A stretch of 64,000 nt of DNA from assembly GCA_964234715.1 (NCBI GenBank), contig OZ174281.1; one strand, 5' to 3'. The notes beneath the pieces are model-generated. The model saw only the letters and a program-made list of their open reading frames with translations, had not been told where the DNA came from and did not search any database. The stretch is from Podarcis melisellensis. Lineage: Eukaryota. Positions within the stretch are counted from its first letter, which is position 1. Each line of letters starts with the position of its first letter. Shown one piece after another: positions 61,301-64,000 of this stretch. The position numbers and the translations under genes are program-made.

Positions 61301-61712
61301 CCCCACCCATTTTGTACCAGTTGGTGGACCTCAGAGGTTATAGTAGAAAATAAAGTAGGTTTCATACTCCTGAAATCTGCCCACCCCTACAGGGCAAATG
61401 ATCAGATCAGATCTAGTATAATTAGGGCATCACAGCTGAATTTTATTTTCTTGAACAAAGGGTATATTGACTATTGTAGAGCATTGTTAGTCTAATTAAT
61501 ATATGGTAACATGAAATTGGTGTTTTCTTTCTTTTCCTAGTTGCCTTCCTTTCCAATCCACAAGAACCTGTGACTCCAGTGAAGGAAGGGAAAGGGAAAA
61601 AAAGGAGGAAGGGCAAAGGGAGAAAGAGAGACCCCTGCCTGAGAAGATACAAGGACTATTGTATTCACGGAGAATGCAAATATCTCAAGGCATTAAAACG
61701 CGCACATTGCAT
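55334..61712 (+). CDS. HBEGF: Proheparin-binding EGF-like growth factor, exons 1-3 (3' incomplete; exon 4 onward not found in the window)
   Basis: Signal peptide, pro-region, basic heparin-binding stretch KGKKRRKGKGRKR and EGF start DPCLRRYKDYCIHGECKYLK; adjacent to SLC4A9. Confidence 0.94.
56352..56534 (+). CDS. HBEGF: HBEGF exon 2 (WPILVKGEEL...FSELPR)
   Basis: tttccag| acceptor and |gtgagt donor; phase 1 to 1. Confidence 0.88.
56758..56923 (+). mobile_element. Shortened Sauria SINE in HBEGF intron 2
   Basis: Sauria head and tail with a short middle; 14-bp TSD ttacattcactagc. Confidence 0.75.
61541..61712 (+). CDS. HBEGF: HBEGF exon 3 (heparin-binding domain and first four EGF cysteines)
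   Basis: ttttcctag| acceptor and |gtaag donor; the intron after the 4th Cys is typical of EGFR ligands. Confidence 0.96.
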
Positions 61713-64000
61713 GTAAGTTCATCATGGTTTTCCTGTCCTGGGGATGGTCTTTGCAGATAATCAAAACAAATATATATGGTTTTCTTTTCCCTGTGGAGCA
61801 TATTATCCTTCTCCAGTAGCTCCCTAGAACAGCGCAATAGCTGTGCTGCAGGGTTATTTTCCTTTTTCAATAAGGAAGAAAGAGTCAAGTACAGGTGCAT
61901 TGTGGTCTTGGAGAATGGGAGTTTGGTCCTCAGAGACCTAAAAGAAAACCCCTGTATATAATAGAGACTAGAGACTCCTTCCTGTAGCACCCTGGTTCAA
62001 CAATGAAAGCTCAAATTTAGTAAGAGGTGGACAACCTCAGTGCAGTGATTGCTTAGAACCTTTGATTGAGTTTCTTCCAAGTGACTGAGTTTTCATTTGC
62101 TGAGCAAATCCTTTTTTCACTAAAGATACAGGCTTATGCAAGAAGCTGGGTGGGCAATTTCAGAAATGTAGGCAACTTTCTGGTTCTGCTCTGGACAACA
62201 AAGTTGAAATGAGAAAATAAATTAACAGCTGAGATAGCAAAATAGAGATCTAGCAAGTAAGCGCTGGATTGGGTCTGGAGAGTCTTGGAGTCAACTCATT
62301 TCCCAGCTGCAAAGGCATGGCTGCCCCTACCTAGCACACAGGAGTGTTATGAAGATAAGATAGGGAAATCTCCATGTATGCATATAATTTGATTTCATTG
62401 CAATGGAGAAATTGGAAGTTTTTACTACCAAGGTGACTACAGTAAAATGCTATTTGTCCTTGCTGCAAATAACATAACTATTCCCAGCTATGAAAATACC
62501 TGTGATTATCCATTCTAAAGCACCCCCTGCCCTTTAGCTTTAGGTTTTACTTCTCAGTTTCCTGCAGACCACCAAGGGGAAGCATCTTGCTTCTAAGTGC
62601 AAGAACTGCAGCGTCTTCAGGAAACTGAGCATCAGGAATGTGCTCCCCATACGGAGGCTTGATTTTCTTCAAGTCGACTTGTTTGTCAGTGCATACCTCC
62701 AATGCCAACAACAAGATTGGTAATGTTTTGCCTTGAGAAAGCTGTTTTCCCTGACCCTGAACCCCTTATCCATACAGTTTGCAAACGCGTTTACAGGGTG
62801 GCGTTACCATACAGTATGCTGTATTATGAATTCCAAATCCGTTTTGCCTTACCCAGCCCTGTTGCCCTCTCAGACATGCAGAGTGATTGTGGGACTCTCT
62901 GCCCTTCCCTTGGCAGATGGCTGCTGTTTTGTTGTCTGCTGCTGGGTCTTTTATTATCATTTCCCCTTTGGGCCCATCACGTCACTGCTAGAATAGGGCC
63001 ATGCATCATGTTGGCTGGTTAGCTGAGGTCGCTAGTGCCTGGATCTGGGCAGCAGTGAGCATTGGGAGGCTGGGGTCTGTATCATCCCTCATCATGCCAT
63101 TCTCCCTTTGGCTTCCTTGTAATCTGAGCATTGGAGCTTGAAGATGACACTGATTTGTGGAATGTGCTGCTTTCAAGCGAGCTCTTTCTAAGCATCAGAC
63201 ATTTGAGCTGTGTTTTTGTAAAGACCCTCTTTCCTTCCTGATTGGGCCTTAGTGCAAAGCTGGTTCTATGTTTTGGTGTGCTTTTTTAGTTTTACTCATC
63301 CAGGCGGGGGTGGGAATGTGTGGGAAGATAATTTGGGGAGCTGGCCCCATCACGTTCTTTAATTGTGCGAGTCACTGTCAGGACAAATTAACAAGAGACT
63401 ACTGTATCACTTACTCTCTTTAAGAAGTGTGCTCTGTCCCCAAGGAAGACTGAAAATATTCCTACTGTTGAGGGTAGGAAAATGGGAAAGTGTGAGTCAG
63501 TTGTGGCAATTCCCCTTCTCTTTGAGCGTGAAAATACTAAGTATGTGGGTAGAGATTAACAGCCTGATGGATGCAAAAATTCTCCTTTTAGCCAAGCCTT
63601 TGATAGCTGGAGGAAAAAATCTCTAGACCTTGCTGAGATATTGCACTCTCAAAATTCCTCTGGGGTCTGTAACACAGGGAGACCTAAATAGATTTCTAGC
63701 AAAGATTCTGAAAGACAACTGTGTGCAATTGTCTCCAGAGGCTGCAACTCTTTAGTAATTTTTAACGTAATGGCTTTAATGACTTAAATAATACTTAAAC
63801 TAATGTCAGTATATGTGTCTTACTGATGTTAGCCATGTATAGCTGATGGAGTAAAGGCAGGAGAGTTCATTGCATGAGTTCTACCATGTAATACCAAATT
63901 ATATCAGTGGGAGGGGGGTGGAAAAAGTGGTGTGTTGCACTTTGAAATATGAATAGCCTTCTGAGCATTAAACTTAGATGAAAGGAGACCGTCATATCAA

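Noticed and set aside
61713-64000. HBEGF exon 4
   Set aside because: No C..GYHGERC-type coding segment after an acceptor was found; it presumably lies beyond the window.
1-64000. CRISPR arrays, rRNA or prokaryotic systems
   Set aside because: The DNA is clearly vertebrate and intron-rich; no repeat-spacer array or rRNA-like sequence was seen.

Overview
Vertebrate genomic DNA from a squamate reptile. Sauria SINEs, a BovB-derived element and CR1/L2/RTE LINEs support this; the SINE subtype suggests a lacertid lizard (inference). The window holds a complete SLC4A9 (AE4) gene on the - strand: 21 coding exons traced by hand from ATG 37159 to TGA 2794, all GT-AG with consistent phases, 3027 nt, 1008 aa. 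Head-to-head with it are coding exons 1-3 of HBEGF on the + strand (ATG 55334, in a CpG island); the rest of HBEGF runs off the window. There are two N gaps. The most notable observations are: (1) a Penelope-like palindromic insertion in SLC4A9 intron 11 with a hammerhead-ribozyme core on each strand; (2) a 267-bp internally deleted BovB element whose 5' end folds into an HDV-like ribozyme starting exactly at the insertion boundary; (3) an NBCe1-A-like N-terminal motif retained in this SLC4A9; (4) hAT MITEs with unusual internal architecture, one of them in the HBEGF promoter; (5) forkhead and CTCF motif arrangements between the two genes. All family assignments and comparisons to other proteins are from recalled sequences, not database searches.
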